DNA of 50,966 nucleotides, taken from NCBI GenBank assembly GCA_036172245.1, contig JAYWIR010000165.1:1-50966 (forward strand), in the 5' to 3' direction. Under the pieces are notes generated by a model. That model did not search any database. It saw only the letters and a list, made by a program, of their open reading frames with translations, and was not told the DNA's origin. Each line of letters opens with the position of its first letter. Positions within the stretch are counted from its first letter, which is position 1. Both the position numbers and the translations under genes were made by a program. Source of the stretch: Raillietiella orientalis. Taxonomy: Eukaryota. Shown one piece after another: positions 34,980 to 48,100 of the stretch.

Positions 34980-37900
34980 TTAATCATTCTCTGAAAGCAG
35001 AAATTGGAAGGGCTTTCGGCTCTCCATGAAAGGGATTTGCCACTCACTGCAAAAGGATGCTTCGTGAAGAAATGCAAAAGTGCAATGGTGAAATCTTCTG
35101 TTTTCTAATTGAATACAAATCCCCAAAAGCTGCAAAGTTGGACCACATAATGAATGGGAGCGAAGGAGAATATTCCCCTTGTAAGTCCGACACTGGTTAC
35201 CATGAAAACAAGACAGAGTCCAAAGTGCCACGCCCTAATGAAATTTCGAACTCTTCTTAATCATCCTCTGAAAGCAGAAATTGGAATGGCTTTCGGCTCT
35301 CCATGAAGGGAATTTGCTACTCTCTGCAAAAGGATGCTTCTTGAAGAGGCTCAAAAGTGCAATGGTGATATCTTCTGTATTGTAATTTCTTACATATCCG
35401 CAGAAGCTGCAAAGTTGAACCACAAAATGAATGAGAGCGAAGGAGAATATTCCCCTTGTAAGTCCGACACTGGTTACCATGAAAACAAGACAGTGTCCAA
35501 AGAGCCACGCCCTAATGAAATTTGGAACTCTTCTTAATCATCCTCTGAAAGCAGAAATTGGAAGGGCTTTCGGCTCTCCATGAAAGGGATTTGCCACTCA
35601 CTGCAAAAGGATGCTTCGTGAAGAGGCGCAAAAGTGCAATGGTGAAATCTTCTGTTTTCTAATTGTTTACAAATCCCGAAAAGCTGCGAAGTTGGACCAC
35701 ATAATGAATGAGAGCGAAGGAGAATATTAACCTTTTGAGTCCGACACTGGTTACCATGAAAACAAGACAGAGTCCAAAGTGCCACGCCCAAATGAAATTT
35801 CGAACTCTTCTTAATCATCCTCTGAAAGCAGAAATTGGAAGGGCTTTCGGCACTCCATGAAAGGGATTTGCCACTCACTGCAAAAGGATGCTTCGTGAAG
35901 AGGCGCAAAAGTGCAATGGTGAAATCTTCTGTTTTCTTATTTCTTAAATATCCACAAAAGCTGCAATGTTGGACCACATAATGAATGATAGCGAAGGAGA
36001 ATATTCCCCTTGAAAGTCCGACACTTGTTACCATGAAAACAAGACAGAGTCCAAAGTGCCACGCCCAAATGAAATTTCGAACTCTTCTTAATCATCCTCT
36101 GAAAGCAGAGATTGGAAGGGCTTGCGGCTCTCCATGAAAGGGATTTGCCACTCACTGCAAAAGGATACTTCGTGAAGAGGCGCAAAAGTGCAATGGTGAA
36201 ATCTTCTGTTTTCTAATTTCTTAAATATCCACAAAAGCTGCAATGTTGGACCACATAATGAATGGGAGCGAACGAGAATATTCCCCTTGAAAGTCCGACA
36301 CTGGTTACCATGAAAACAAGACCGAGTCCAATGTGCCACGCCCTAATGAAATTTCGAACTCTTCTTAATCATCCTCTGAAAGCAGAGATTGGAAGGGCTT
36401 TCGGCTCTCCATGAAAGGGATTTGCCACTCACTGCAAAAGGATACTTCGTGAAGAGGCGCAAAAGTGCAATGGTGAAATCTTCTGTTTTCTAATTGAATA
36501 CAAATCCAAAAGCTGCAATGTTGGACCACATAATGAATGAGAGCGAAGGAGAATATTCCCCTTGAAAGTCCGACACTGGTTACCATGAAAACAAGACAGA
36601 GTCCAAAGTGCCACGCCCTAATGAAATTTCGAACTCTTCTTAATCATTCTCTGAAAGCCGAAATTGGAAGGGCTTTGGGCTCTCCATGAAAGGGATTTGC
36701 CACTCACTGCAAAAGGATGCTTCGTGAAGAAATGCAAAAGTGCAATGGTGAAATCTTCTGTTTTCTAATTTCTTAAATATCCACAAAAGCTGAAATGTTG
36801 GACCACATAATGAATGAGAGCGAAGGAGAATATTCCCCTTGAAAGTCCGACACTGGTTACCATGAAAACAAGACCGAGTCCAAAGTGCCACGCCCTAATG
36901 AAATTTCGAACTCTTCTTAATCATCCTCTGAAAGCAGAGATTGGAAGGGCTTGCGGCTCTCCAGGAAAGGGATTTGCCACTCACTGCAAAAGGATACTTC
37001 GTGAACAGGCGCAAAACTGCAATGGTGAAATCTTCTGTTTTCTAATTGAATACAAACCCCCAAAAGCTGCAAAGTTGGACCACATAATGAATGGGAGCGA
37101 ACGAGAATATTCCCCTTCTAAGTCCGACACTGGTTACCATGAAAACAACACAGAGTTCAAAGTACCACGCTCAAATGAAATTTCGAACTCTTCTTAATCA
37201 TGCTGTGAAAGCAGAGATTGGAAGTTCTTTCGGATCTCCATGAAAGGGATTTGCCACTCACTGCAAAAGGATGGTTCGTGAAGGGGAGGAAAAGTGCAAT
37301 GGTGAAATCTTCTGTTTTCTAATTGGTTACAAATCCCGAAAAGCTGCGAAGTTGGACCACATAATGAATGAGAGCTATGTAGAATATTCCCCTTGTAAGT
37401 CCGACACTGGTTACCATGAAAACAAGACAGAGTCCAAAGTGCCACGCCCAAATGAAATTTCGAACTCTTCTTAATCATCCTCTGAAAGCAGAGATTCGAA
37501 GGGCTTGCGGCACTCTATGAAAGGGATTTGACACTCACTGCAAAAGGATACTTCGTGAAGAGGCGCAAAAGTGCAATGGTGAAATCTTTTGTTTTCTAAT
37601 TTCTTACATATCCGCAAAAGCTGCAAAGCTGGACCACATAATGAAAGAGAGCGAAGGAGAATATTCCCTTTGTAAATCCGACACTGGTTACCATGAAAAC
37701 AAGACAGAGTTCAAAGTGCCACGCCCTAATGAAGTTTCGAACTCTTCTTAATCATCCTCTGAAAGCAGAGATTGGAAGGGCTTGCGGCTCTCCATGAAAG
37801 GGATTTGCCACTTACTGCAAAATGATACTTCGTGAAGAGGCGCAAAAGTGCAATGGTTAAATCTTTTGTTTGGTAATTTCTTACATATCCGCAAAAGCTG

Positions 37901-40900
37901 CAAAGTTGGACCACATAATGAAAGAGAGCGAAGGAGAATATTCGCTTTGTAAGTCCTACACTGGTTACCATGAAGACAACACAGAGTCCAAAGTGCCACG
38001 CCTTAATGAAATTTCGAACTCTTCTTAATCATCCTCTGAAAGCCGAAATTGGAAGGGCTTTCGGCTCTCCATGAAAGGGATTTGCCACTCACTGGAAAAG
38101 GATGCTTCGTGAAGAAGTGCAAAAGTGCAATGGTGAAATCTTCTGTTTTCTAATTGAATACAAATCCCCAAAAGCTACAAAGTTGGACCACATAATGAAT
38201 GGGAGCGAACGAGAATATTCCCCGTTTATGTCCGACACTGGTTACCATGAAAACAACACAGAGTCCAAAGTGCCAAGCCCTAAAGAAATTTCGAACTCTT
38301 CGTAATCATCCTCTGAAAGCAGAGATTGGAAGGTCTTGCGGCTCTCCATGAAAGGGATTTACCACTCACTGCAAAAGGATACTTCGTGAAGAGGCGCAAA
38401 AGTGCAATGGTGAAATCTTCTGTTTTCTAATTGAATACAAATCCCCAAAAGCTGCAATGTTGTACCACATAATGAATGAGAGCGTAGGAGAATATTCCCC
38501 TTGAAAGTCCGACACTTGTTACCATGAAAACAAGACCGAGTCCAAAGTGCCACGCCCTAATGAAATTTCGAACTCTTCTTAATCATCCTCTGAAAGCAGA
38601 AATTGGAGGGGCTTTCGGCTCTCCATGAAAGGGATTTGCCACTCACTGCAAAAGGCTGCTTCTTGAAGAATTGCAAAAGTGCAATGGTGAAATCTTCTGT
38701 TTTCTGATTCAATACAAATCCCCAAAATCTGCAAAGTTGGACCACATAATGAATGGGAGCGAACGAGAATATTCCCCTTGTAAGTCCGACACTGGTTCCC
38801 ATGAAAACAACACAGAGTCCAAAGTGCCACGCCCTAATGAAATTTCGAACTCTTCTTAATCATCCTCTGAAAGCAGAGATTGGAAGGTCTTGCGGCTCTC
38901 CATGAAAGGGATTTGCCACTCACTGCAAAAGGATACTTCGTGAAGAGGCGCAAAAGTGCAATGGTGAAATCTTCTGTTTTCTAATTTCTTACATATCCGC
39001 AAAAGCTGCAAAGCTTGACCACATAATGAAAGAGAGCGAAGGAGAATATTTCCTTTGTAAGTCCGACACTGGTTACCATGAAAACAAGACAGAGTCCAAG
39101 GTGCCACGCCCTAATGAAGTTTCGAACTCTTCTTAATCATTCTCTGAAAGCAGAGATTGGAAGGGCTTGCGGCTCTCCATGAAGGGAGTTTGCCACTCAC
39201 TGCAAATGAAGAGTTCGTGAAGAGGAGCAAAAGTGCAATGGTGAAATCTTCTGTTTTCTAATTTCTTAAATATCCACAAAAGCTGCAATGTTGGACCACA
39301 TAATGAATGGGAGCGAACGAGAATATTCCCCTTGAAATTCCGACACTGGTTACCATGAAAACAAGACAGAGTCCAAAGTGCCACGCCCTAATGAAATTTC
39401 GAACTCTTCTTAATCATTCTCTGAAAGCCGAAATTGGAAGGGCTTTGGGCTCTCCATGAAAGGGATTTGCCACTCACTGCAAAAGGATGCTTCGTGAAGA
39501 AATGCAAAAGTGCAATGGTGAAATCTTCTGTTTTCTAATTTCTTAAATATCCACAAAAGCTGAAATGTTGGACCACATAATGAATGAGAGCGAAGGAGAA
39601 TATTCCCCTTGAAAGTCCGACACTGGTTACCATGAAAACAAGACCGAGTCCAAAGTGCCACGCCCTAATGAAATTTCGAACTCTTCTTAATCATCCTCTG
39701 AAAGCAGAGATTGGAAGGGCTTGCGGCTCTCCAGGAAAGGGATTTGCCACTCACTGCAAAAGGATGCTTCGTGAACAGGCGCAAAACTGCAATGGTGAAA
39801 TCTTCTGTTTTCTAATTGAATACAAACCCCCAAAAGCTGCAAAGTTGGACCACATAATGAATGGGAGCGAACGAGAATATTCCCCTTCTAAGTCCGACAC
39901 TGGTTACCATGAAAACAACACAGAGTTCAAAGTGCCACGCCCTAATGAAGTTTCGAACTCTTCTTAATCATCCTCTGAAAGCAGAGATTGGAAGGGCTTG
40001 CGGCTCTCCATGAAAGGGATTTGCCACTTACTGCAAAAGGATACTTCGTGAAGAGGCGCAAAAGTGCAATGGTGAAATCTTTTGTTTTCTAATTTCTTAC
40101 ATATCCGCAAAAGCTGCAAAGTTGCACCACATAATGAAAGAGAGCGAAGGAGAATATTCCCTTTGTAAGTCCGACACTGGTTACCATGAAAACGAGACAG
40201 AAAACAAAGTGCCACGCCCTAATGAAATTTCGAACTCTTCTTAATCATTCTCTGAAAGCCGAAATTGGAAGGGCTTTGGGCTCTCCATGAAAGGGATTTG
40301 CCACTCACTGCAAAAGGATGCTTCGTGAAGAAATGCAAAAGTGCAATGGTGAAATCTTCTGTTTTCTAATTGAATACAAATCCCCAAAAGCTGCAAAGTT
40401 GGACCACATAATGAATGGGAGCGAACGAGAATATTCCCCTTGTAAGTCCGACACTGGTTACTATGAAAACAACACAGAGTCCAAAGTGCCACGTCCAAAT
40501 GAAATTTCGAACTCTTCTTAATCATCCTCTGAAAGCAGAAATTGAAAGGGCTTTCGGCTCTAAATGAAATGGATTTGCCACTCACTGCAAAAGGATGTTT
40601 CGTGAAGAGGAGCAAAAGTGCAATGGTGATATCTTCTGTTTTCTAATTTCTTAAATATCCACAAAAGCTGCAGTGTTGGACCACATAATGAATGAGAGCG
40701 AAGGAGAATATTCCCCTTGAAAGTCCGACACTGGTTACCATGAAAACAAGACAGAGTCCAAAGTGCCACGCCCTAATGAAATTTCGAACTCTTCTTAATC
40801 ATCCTCTGAAAGCAGAAATTAAAAGGGCTATCGGCTCTCCATGAAAGGGATTTGCCACTCACTGCAAAAGGATGCTTCGTGAAGAGGTGCAAAAGTGCAA

Positions 40901-42178
40901 TGGTGAAATCATCTGTTTTGTAATTGAATACAAATCCCTAAAAGCTGCAAAGTTGGACCACATAATGAATGGGAGCGAACGAGAATACTCCCCTTGTAAG
41001 TCCGACACTGGTTACCATGAAAACAACACAGAGTCCAAAGTGCCACGCCCAAATGAAATTTCGAACTCTTCTTAATCATCCTCTGAAAGCAGAAAATTGG
41101 AGGGGCTTTCGTCTCCATGAAAGGGATTTGCCACTCACTGCAAAAGGATGCTTCGTGAAGAGGCGCAAAAGTGCAATGGTGAAATCTTCTGTTTTCTAAT
41201 TTCTTAAATATCCACAAAAGCTGCAATGTTGGACCACATAATGAATGAGAGCGAAGGAGAATATTCCCCTTGAAAGTCCGACACTGGTTACCATGAAAAC
41301 AAGACCGAGTCCAAAGTGCCACGCCCTAATGAAATTTCGAACTCTTCTTAATCATCCTCTGAAAGCAGAGATTGGAAGGGCTTGCGGCTCTCCATGAAAG
41401 GGATTTGCCACTCACTGCAAAAGGATACTTCGTGAACAGGCGCAAAACTGCAATGGTGAAATCTTCTGTTTTCTAATTGAATACAAACCCCCAAAAGCTG
41501 CAAAGTTGGACCACATAATGAATGGGAGCGAACGAGAATATTCCCCTTCTAAGTCCGACACTGGTTACCATGAAAACAACACAGAGTTCAAAGTACCACG
41601 CTCAAATGAAATTTCGAACTCTTCTTAATCATGCTGTGAAAGCAGAGATTGGAAGTTCTTTCGGATCTCCATGAAAGGGATTTGCCACTCACTGCAAAAG
41701 GATGGTTCGTGAAGGGGAGGAAAAGTGCAATGGTGAAATCTTCTGTTTTCTAATTGGTTACAAATCCCGAAAAGCTGCGAAGTTGGACCACATAATGAAT
41801 GAGAGCTATGTAGAATATTCCCCTTGTAAGTCCGACACTGGTTACCATGAAAACAAGACAGAGTCCAAAGTGCCACGCCCAAATGAAATTTCGAACTCTT
41901 CTTAATCATCCTCTGAAAGCAGAGATTCGAAGGGCTTGCGGCACTCTATGAAAGGGATTTGACACTCACTGCAAAAGGATACTTCGTGAAGAGGCGCAAA
42001 AGTGCAATGGTGAAATCTTTTGTTTTCTAATTTCTTACATATCCGCAAAAGCTGCAAAGCTGGACCACATAATGAAAGAGAGCGAAGGAGAATATTCCCT
42101 TTGTAAATCCGACACTGGTTACCATGAAAACAAGACAGAGTCCACAGTGCCACGCCCTAATGAAATTTCGAACTCTTC

Positions 42179-45100
42179 TTAATCATCCTCTGAAAGCAGA
42201 GATTGGAAGGGCTTTCGGCTCTTCATGAAAAGAATTTGCCACTCACTGCAAAAGGATGCTTCGTGAAGAGGTGCAAAAGTGCAATGGTGAAATCTTCTGT
42301 TTTCTAATTGAATACAAATCCACAAAAGCTGCAAAGTTGGATCACATAATGAATGGGAGCGAACGAGAATATTCCCCTTGTAAGTCCGACACTGGTTACC
42401 ATGAAAACAAGACAGAGTCCAAAGTGCCACTGCCTAATGGAATTTCGAACTCTTCTTAATCATCCTCTGAAAGCAGAAATTGGAAGGGCTATCGGCACTC
42501 CATGAAAGGGATTTGACACTCACTGCAAAAGGATACTTCGTGAAGAGGCGCAAAAGTGCAATGATGAAATCTTCTGTTTTCTTATTTCTTAAATATCCAC
42601 AAAAGCTGCAATGTTGGACCACATAATGAATGATAGCGAAGGAGAATATTCCCCTTGAAAGTCCGACACTTGTTACCATGAAAACAAGACAGAGTCCAAA
42701 GTGCCACTGCCTAATGAAATTTCGAACTCTTCTTAATCATCCTCTGAAAGCAGACATTGGAAGGGCTTTCGGCTCTCCATGAAAGGGATTTGCCACTCAC
42801 TGCAAAAGGATGGTTCGTGAAGGGGAGGAAAAGTGCAATGGTGAAATCTTCTGTTTTCTAATTGAATACAAATCTCCAAAAGTTGCAAAGTTGGACCAAA
42901 TAAGGAATGGGAGCGAACGAGAATATTCCCCTTGTAGGTCCGACACTGGTTACCATGAAAACAAGAAAGAGTCCACAGTGCCACGCCCTGATGGAATTTC
43001 GAACTCTTCTTAATCATCCTCTGAAAGCAGAGAGTGGAAGGGATTGCGGCCCTCCATGAAAGGTATTTGCCACTCACTACAAAAGGATGCTTCGCGAAGA
43101 GGTGCAAAAGTGCAATGGTGAAATCTTCTGTTTTCTAATTGAATACAAATCTCCAAAAGTTGCAAAGTTGGACCACATAATGAATGGGAGCGAACCAGAA
43201 TATTCCCCTTGTAAGTCCGACACTGGTTACCATGAAAACAACACAGAGCCCACAGTGCCACGCCCTAATGAAGTTTCGAACTCTTCTTAATCATCCTCTG
43301 AAAGCAGAGATTGGAAGGGCTTGCGGCTCTCCATGAAAGGGATTTGCCACTCACTGCAAAAGGATACTTCGTGAAGAGGCGCAAAAGTGCAATGGTGAAA
43401 TCTTCTGTTTTCTAATTGAATACAAATCTCCAAAAGTTGCAAAGTTGGACCAAATAAGGAATGGGAGCGAACGAGAATATTCCCCTTGTAAGTCCGACAC
43501 TGGTTACCATGAAAACAAGACAGAGTCCACAGTGCCACGCCCTAATGAAATTTCGAACTCTTCTTAATCATCCTCTGAAAGCAGAGATTGGAAGGGCTTT
43601 CGGCTCTCCATGAAAGGGATTTGCCACTCACTGCAAAAGGATGCTTCGTGAAGAGGTGCAAAAGTGCAATGGTGAAATCTTCTGTTTTCTAATTGAATAC
43701 AAATCCCCAAAAGCTGCAAAGTTGGATCACATAATGAATGGGAGCGAACGAGAATATTCCCCTTGTAAGTCCGACACTGGTTACCATGAAAACAAGACAG
43801 AGTCCACAGTGCCACGCCCTAATGAAATTTCGAACTCTTCTTAATCATCCTCTGAAAGCAGAGATTGGAAGGGCTTTCGGCTCTCCATGAAAAGGATTTG
43901 CCACTCACTGCAAAAGGATGCTTCGTGAAGAGGTGCAAAAGTGCAATGGTGAAATCTTCTGTTTTCTAATTGAATACAAATCCCCAAAAGCTGCAAAGTT
44001 GGACCACATAATGAATGGGAGCGAACGAGAATATTCCCCTTCTAAGTCCGACACTGGTTACCATGAAAACAACACAGAGTTCAAAGTACCACGCTCAAAT
44101 GAAATTTCGAACTCTTCTTAATCATGCTGTGAAAGCAGAGATTGAAAGGGCTTGCGGCTCTCCATGAAAGGGATTTGCCACTCACTGCAAAAGGATACTT
44201 CGTGAAGAGGCGCAAAACTGCAATGGTGAAATCTTCTGTTTTCTAATTCAATACATACCCCCAAAAGCTGCAAAGTTGGACCACATAATGAATGGGAGCG
44301 AACGAGAATATTCCCCTTCTAAGTCCGACACTGGTTACCATGAAAAGAACACAGAGTTCAAAGTGCCACGCCCAAATGTAATTTCGAACTCTTCTTAATC
44401 ATGCTCTGAAAGCAGAGATTGGAAGTTCTTTCGGATCTCCATGAAAGGGATTTTCCACTCACTGCAAAAGGATGGTTAGTGAAGGGGAGGAAAAGTGCAA
44501 TGGTGAAATCTTCTGTTTTCTAATTGGTTACAAATCCCGAAAAGCTGCGAAGTTGGACCACATAATGAATGAGAGCTATGTAGAATATTCCCCTTGTAAG
44601 TCCGACACTGGTTACCATGAAAACAAGACAGAGTCCAAAGTGCCACGCCCAAATGAAATTTCGAACTCTTCTTAATCATCCTCTGAAAGCAGAGATTGGA
44701 AGGGCTTGCGGCTCTCCATGAAAGGGATTTGCCACTTACTGCAAAAGGATACTTCGTGAAGAGGCGCAAAAGTGCAATGCTTAAATCTTTTGTTTGGTAA
44801 TTTCTTACATATCCGCAAAAGCTGCAAAGTTGGACCTCATAATGAAAGAGAGCGAAGGAGAATATTCGCTTTGTAAGTCCCACACTGGTTACCATGAAGA
44901 CAAGACAGAATCCAAAGTGCCACGCCTTAATGAAATTTCGAACTCTTCTTAATCATCCTCTGAAAGCCGAAATTGGAAGGGCTTTCGGCTCTCCATGAAA
45001 GGGATTTGCCACTCACTGGAAAAGGATGCTTCGTGAACAAGTGCAAAAGTGCAATGGTGAAATCTTCTGTTTTCTAATTGAATACAAATCTCCAAAAGTT

Positions 45101-48100
45101 GCAAAGTTGGACCAAATAAGGAATAGGAGCGAACGAGAATATTCCCCTTGTAGCTCCGACACTGGTTAGCATGAGAACAAGAAAGAGTCCACAGTGCCAC
45201 GCCCTGATGGAATTTCGAACTCTTCTTAATCATCCTCTGAAAGCAGAGAGTGGAAGGGATTGCGGCTCTCCATGAAAGGTATTTGCCACTCACTGCAAAA
45301 GGATGCTTCGCGAAGAGGTGCAAAAGTGCAATGGTGAAATCTTCTGTTTTCTAATTGAATACAAATCCCCAAAAGCTGCAAAGTTGGACCAAATAAGGAA
45401 TGGGAGCGAACGAGAATATTCCCCTTGTAAGTCCGACACTGGTTACCATGAAAACAAGACAGAGTCCACAGTGCCACGCCCTAATGAAATTTCGAACTCT
45501 TCTTAATCATCCTCTGAAATCAGAGATTGGAAGGGCTTTCGGCTCTCCATGAAAAGAATTTGCCACTCACTGCAAAAGGATGCTTCGTGAAGAGGTGCAA
45601 AAGTGCAATGGTGAAATCTTCTGTTTTCTAATTGAATACAAATCCCCAAAAGCTGCAAAGTTGGATCACATAATGAATGGGAGCGAACGAGAATATTCCC
45701 CTTGTAAGTCCGACACTGGTTACCATGAAAACAAGACAGAGTCCACAGTTCCACGCCCTAATGAAATTTCGAACTCTTCTTAATCATCCTCTGAAAGCAG
45801 AGATTGGAAGGGCTTTCGGCTCTTCATGAAAAGGATTTGCCACTCACTGCAAAAGGATGCTTCGTGAAGAGGTGCAAAAGTGCAATGGTGAAATCTTCTG
45901 TTTTCTAATTGAATACAAATCCACAAAAGCTGCAAAGTTGGATCACATAATGAATGGGAGCGAACGAGAATATTCCCCTTGTAAGTCCGACACTGGTTAC
46001 CATGAAAACAACAGAGAGTCTAAAGTGCCACGCCCTAATGAAATTTCGAACTCTTCTTAATCATCCTCTGAAAGCAGAGATTGGAAGGTATTGCGGCTCT
46101 CCATGAAAGGGATTTGCCACTCACTGCAAAAGGATACTTCGTGAAGAGGCGCAAAAGTGCAATGGTGAAATCTTCTGTTTTCTTATTTCTTAAATATCCA
46201 CAAAAGCTGCAATGTTGGACCACATAATGAATGATAGCGAAGGAGAATATTCCCCTTGAAAGTCCGACACTTGTTACCATGAAAACAAGACAGAGTCCAA
46301 AGTGCCACTGCCTAATGAAATTTCGAACTCTTCTTAATCATCCTCTGAAAGCAGAGATTGGAAGGGCTTTCGGCTCTCCATGAAAGGGATTTGCCACTCA
46401 CTGCAAAAGCATGGTTCGTGAATGGGAGGAAAAGTGCAATGGTGAAATCTTCTGTTTTCTAATTGAATACAAATCTCCAAAAGTTGCAAAGTTGGACCAA
46501 ATAAGGAATAGGAGCGAACGAGAATATTCCCCTTGTAAGTCCGACACTGGTTACCATGAAAACAACAGAGAGTCTAAAGTGCCACGCCCTAATGAAATTT
46601 CGAACTCTTCTTAATCATCCTCTGAAAGCAGAGATTGGAAGGGATTGCGGCTCTCCATGAAAGGGATTTGCCACTCACTGCAAAAGGATGCTTCGTGAAG
46701 AGGCGCAAAAGTGCAATGGTGAAATCTTCTGTTTTCTAATTGATTACAAATCCGCAAAAGCTTGAATGTTGGACCGCATAATGAATGAGAGCGAAGGAGA
46801 ATATTCCCCTTGTAAGTCCGACACTGGTTACCATGAAAACAAGACAGAGTCCAAAGTGCCACGCCCTAATGAAATTTCGAACTCTTCTTAATCATCCTCT
46901 GAAAGCAGAGATTGGAAGGGCTTTCGGCTCTCCATGAAAGGTATTTGCCACTCACTGCAAAAGGATGCTTCGTGAAGAGGTGCAAAAGTGCAATGGTGAA
47001 ATCTTCTGTTTTCTAATTGAATACAAATCTCCCAGAGCTGCAAAGTTGGACCACATAATGAAAGGGAGCGAAGGAGAATATTCCCTTTGTAAGTCCGACA
47101 CTGGTTACCATGAAAAGAAGACAGAGTCCAAAGTGCCACGCCCTAATGAAGTTTCGAACTCTTCTTAATCATCCTCTGAAAGCAGAGATTGGAAGGGCTT
47201 GCGGCTCTCCATGAAAGGGATTTGCCACTCACTGCAAAAGGATACTTCGTGAAGAGGCGCAAAAGTGCAATGGTGAAATCTTCTGTTTTCTAATTGAACA
47301 CAAATCTCCAAAAGTTGCAAAGTTGGTCCACATAATGAATGGGAGCGAACGAGAATATTCCCCTTGTAAGTCCGACTCTGGTTACCATGAAAACAACACA
47401 GAGTCCAAAGTGCCACGCCCTAATGAAATTTCGAACTCTTCTTAATCATCCTCTGAAAGCAGAGAGTGGAAGGGATTCGGCTCTCCATGAAAGGTATTTG
47501 CCACTCACTGCAAAAGGATGCTTCGCGAAGAGGTGCAAAAGTGCAATGGTGAAATCTTCTGTTTTCTAATTGAATACAAATCCCCAAAAGCTGCAAAGTT
47601 GGATCACATAATGAATGGGAGCGAACGAGAATATTCCCCTTGTAAGTCCGACACTGGTTACCATGAAAACAAGACAGAGTCCACAGTGCCACGCCCTAAT
47701 GAAATTTCGAACTCTTCTTAATCATCCTCTGAAAGCAGAGATTGGAAGGGCTTGCGGCTCTCCATGAAAAGGATTTGCCACTCACTGCAAAAGGATGCTT
47801 CGTGAAGAGGTGCAAAAGTGCAATGGTGAAATCTTCTGTTTTCTAATTGAATACAAATCCCCAAAAGCTGCAAAGTTGGATCACATAATGAATGGGAGCG
47901 AACGAGAATATTCCCCTTGTAAGTCCGACACTGGTTACCATGAAAACAACACAGAGTCTAAAGTGCCACGCCCTAATGAAATTTCGAACTCTTCTTAATC
48001 ATCCTCTGAAAGCAGAGATTGGAAGGGATTGCGGCTCTCCATGAAAGGGATTTGCCACTCACTGCAAAAGGATACTTCGTGAAGAGGCGCAAAAGTGCAA

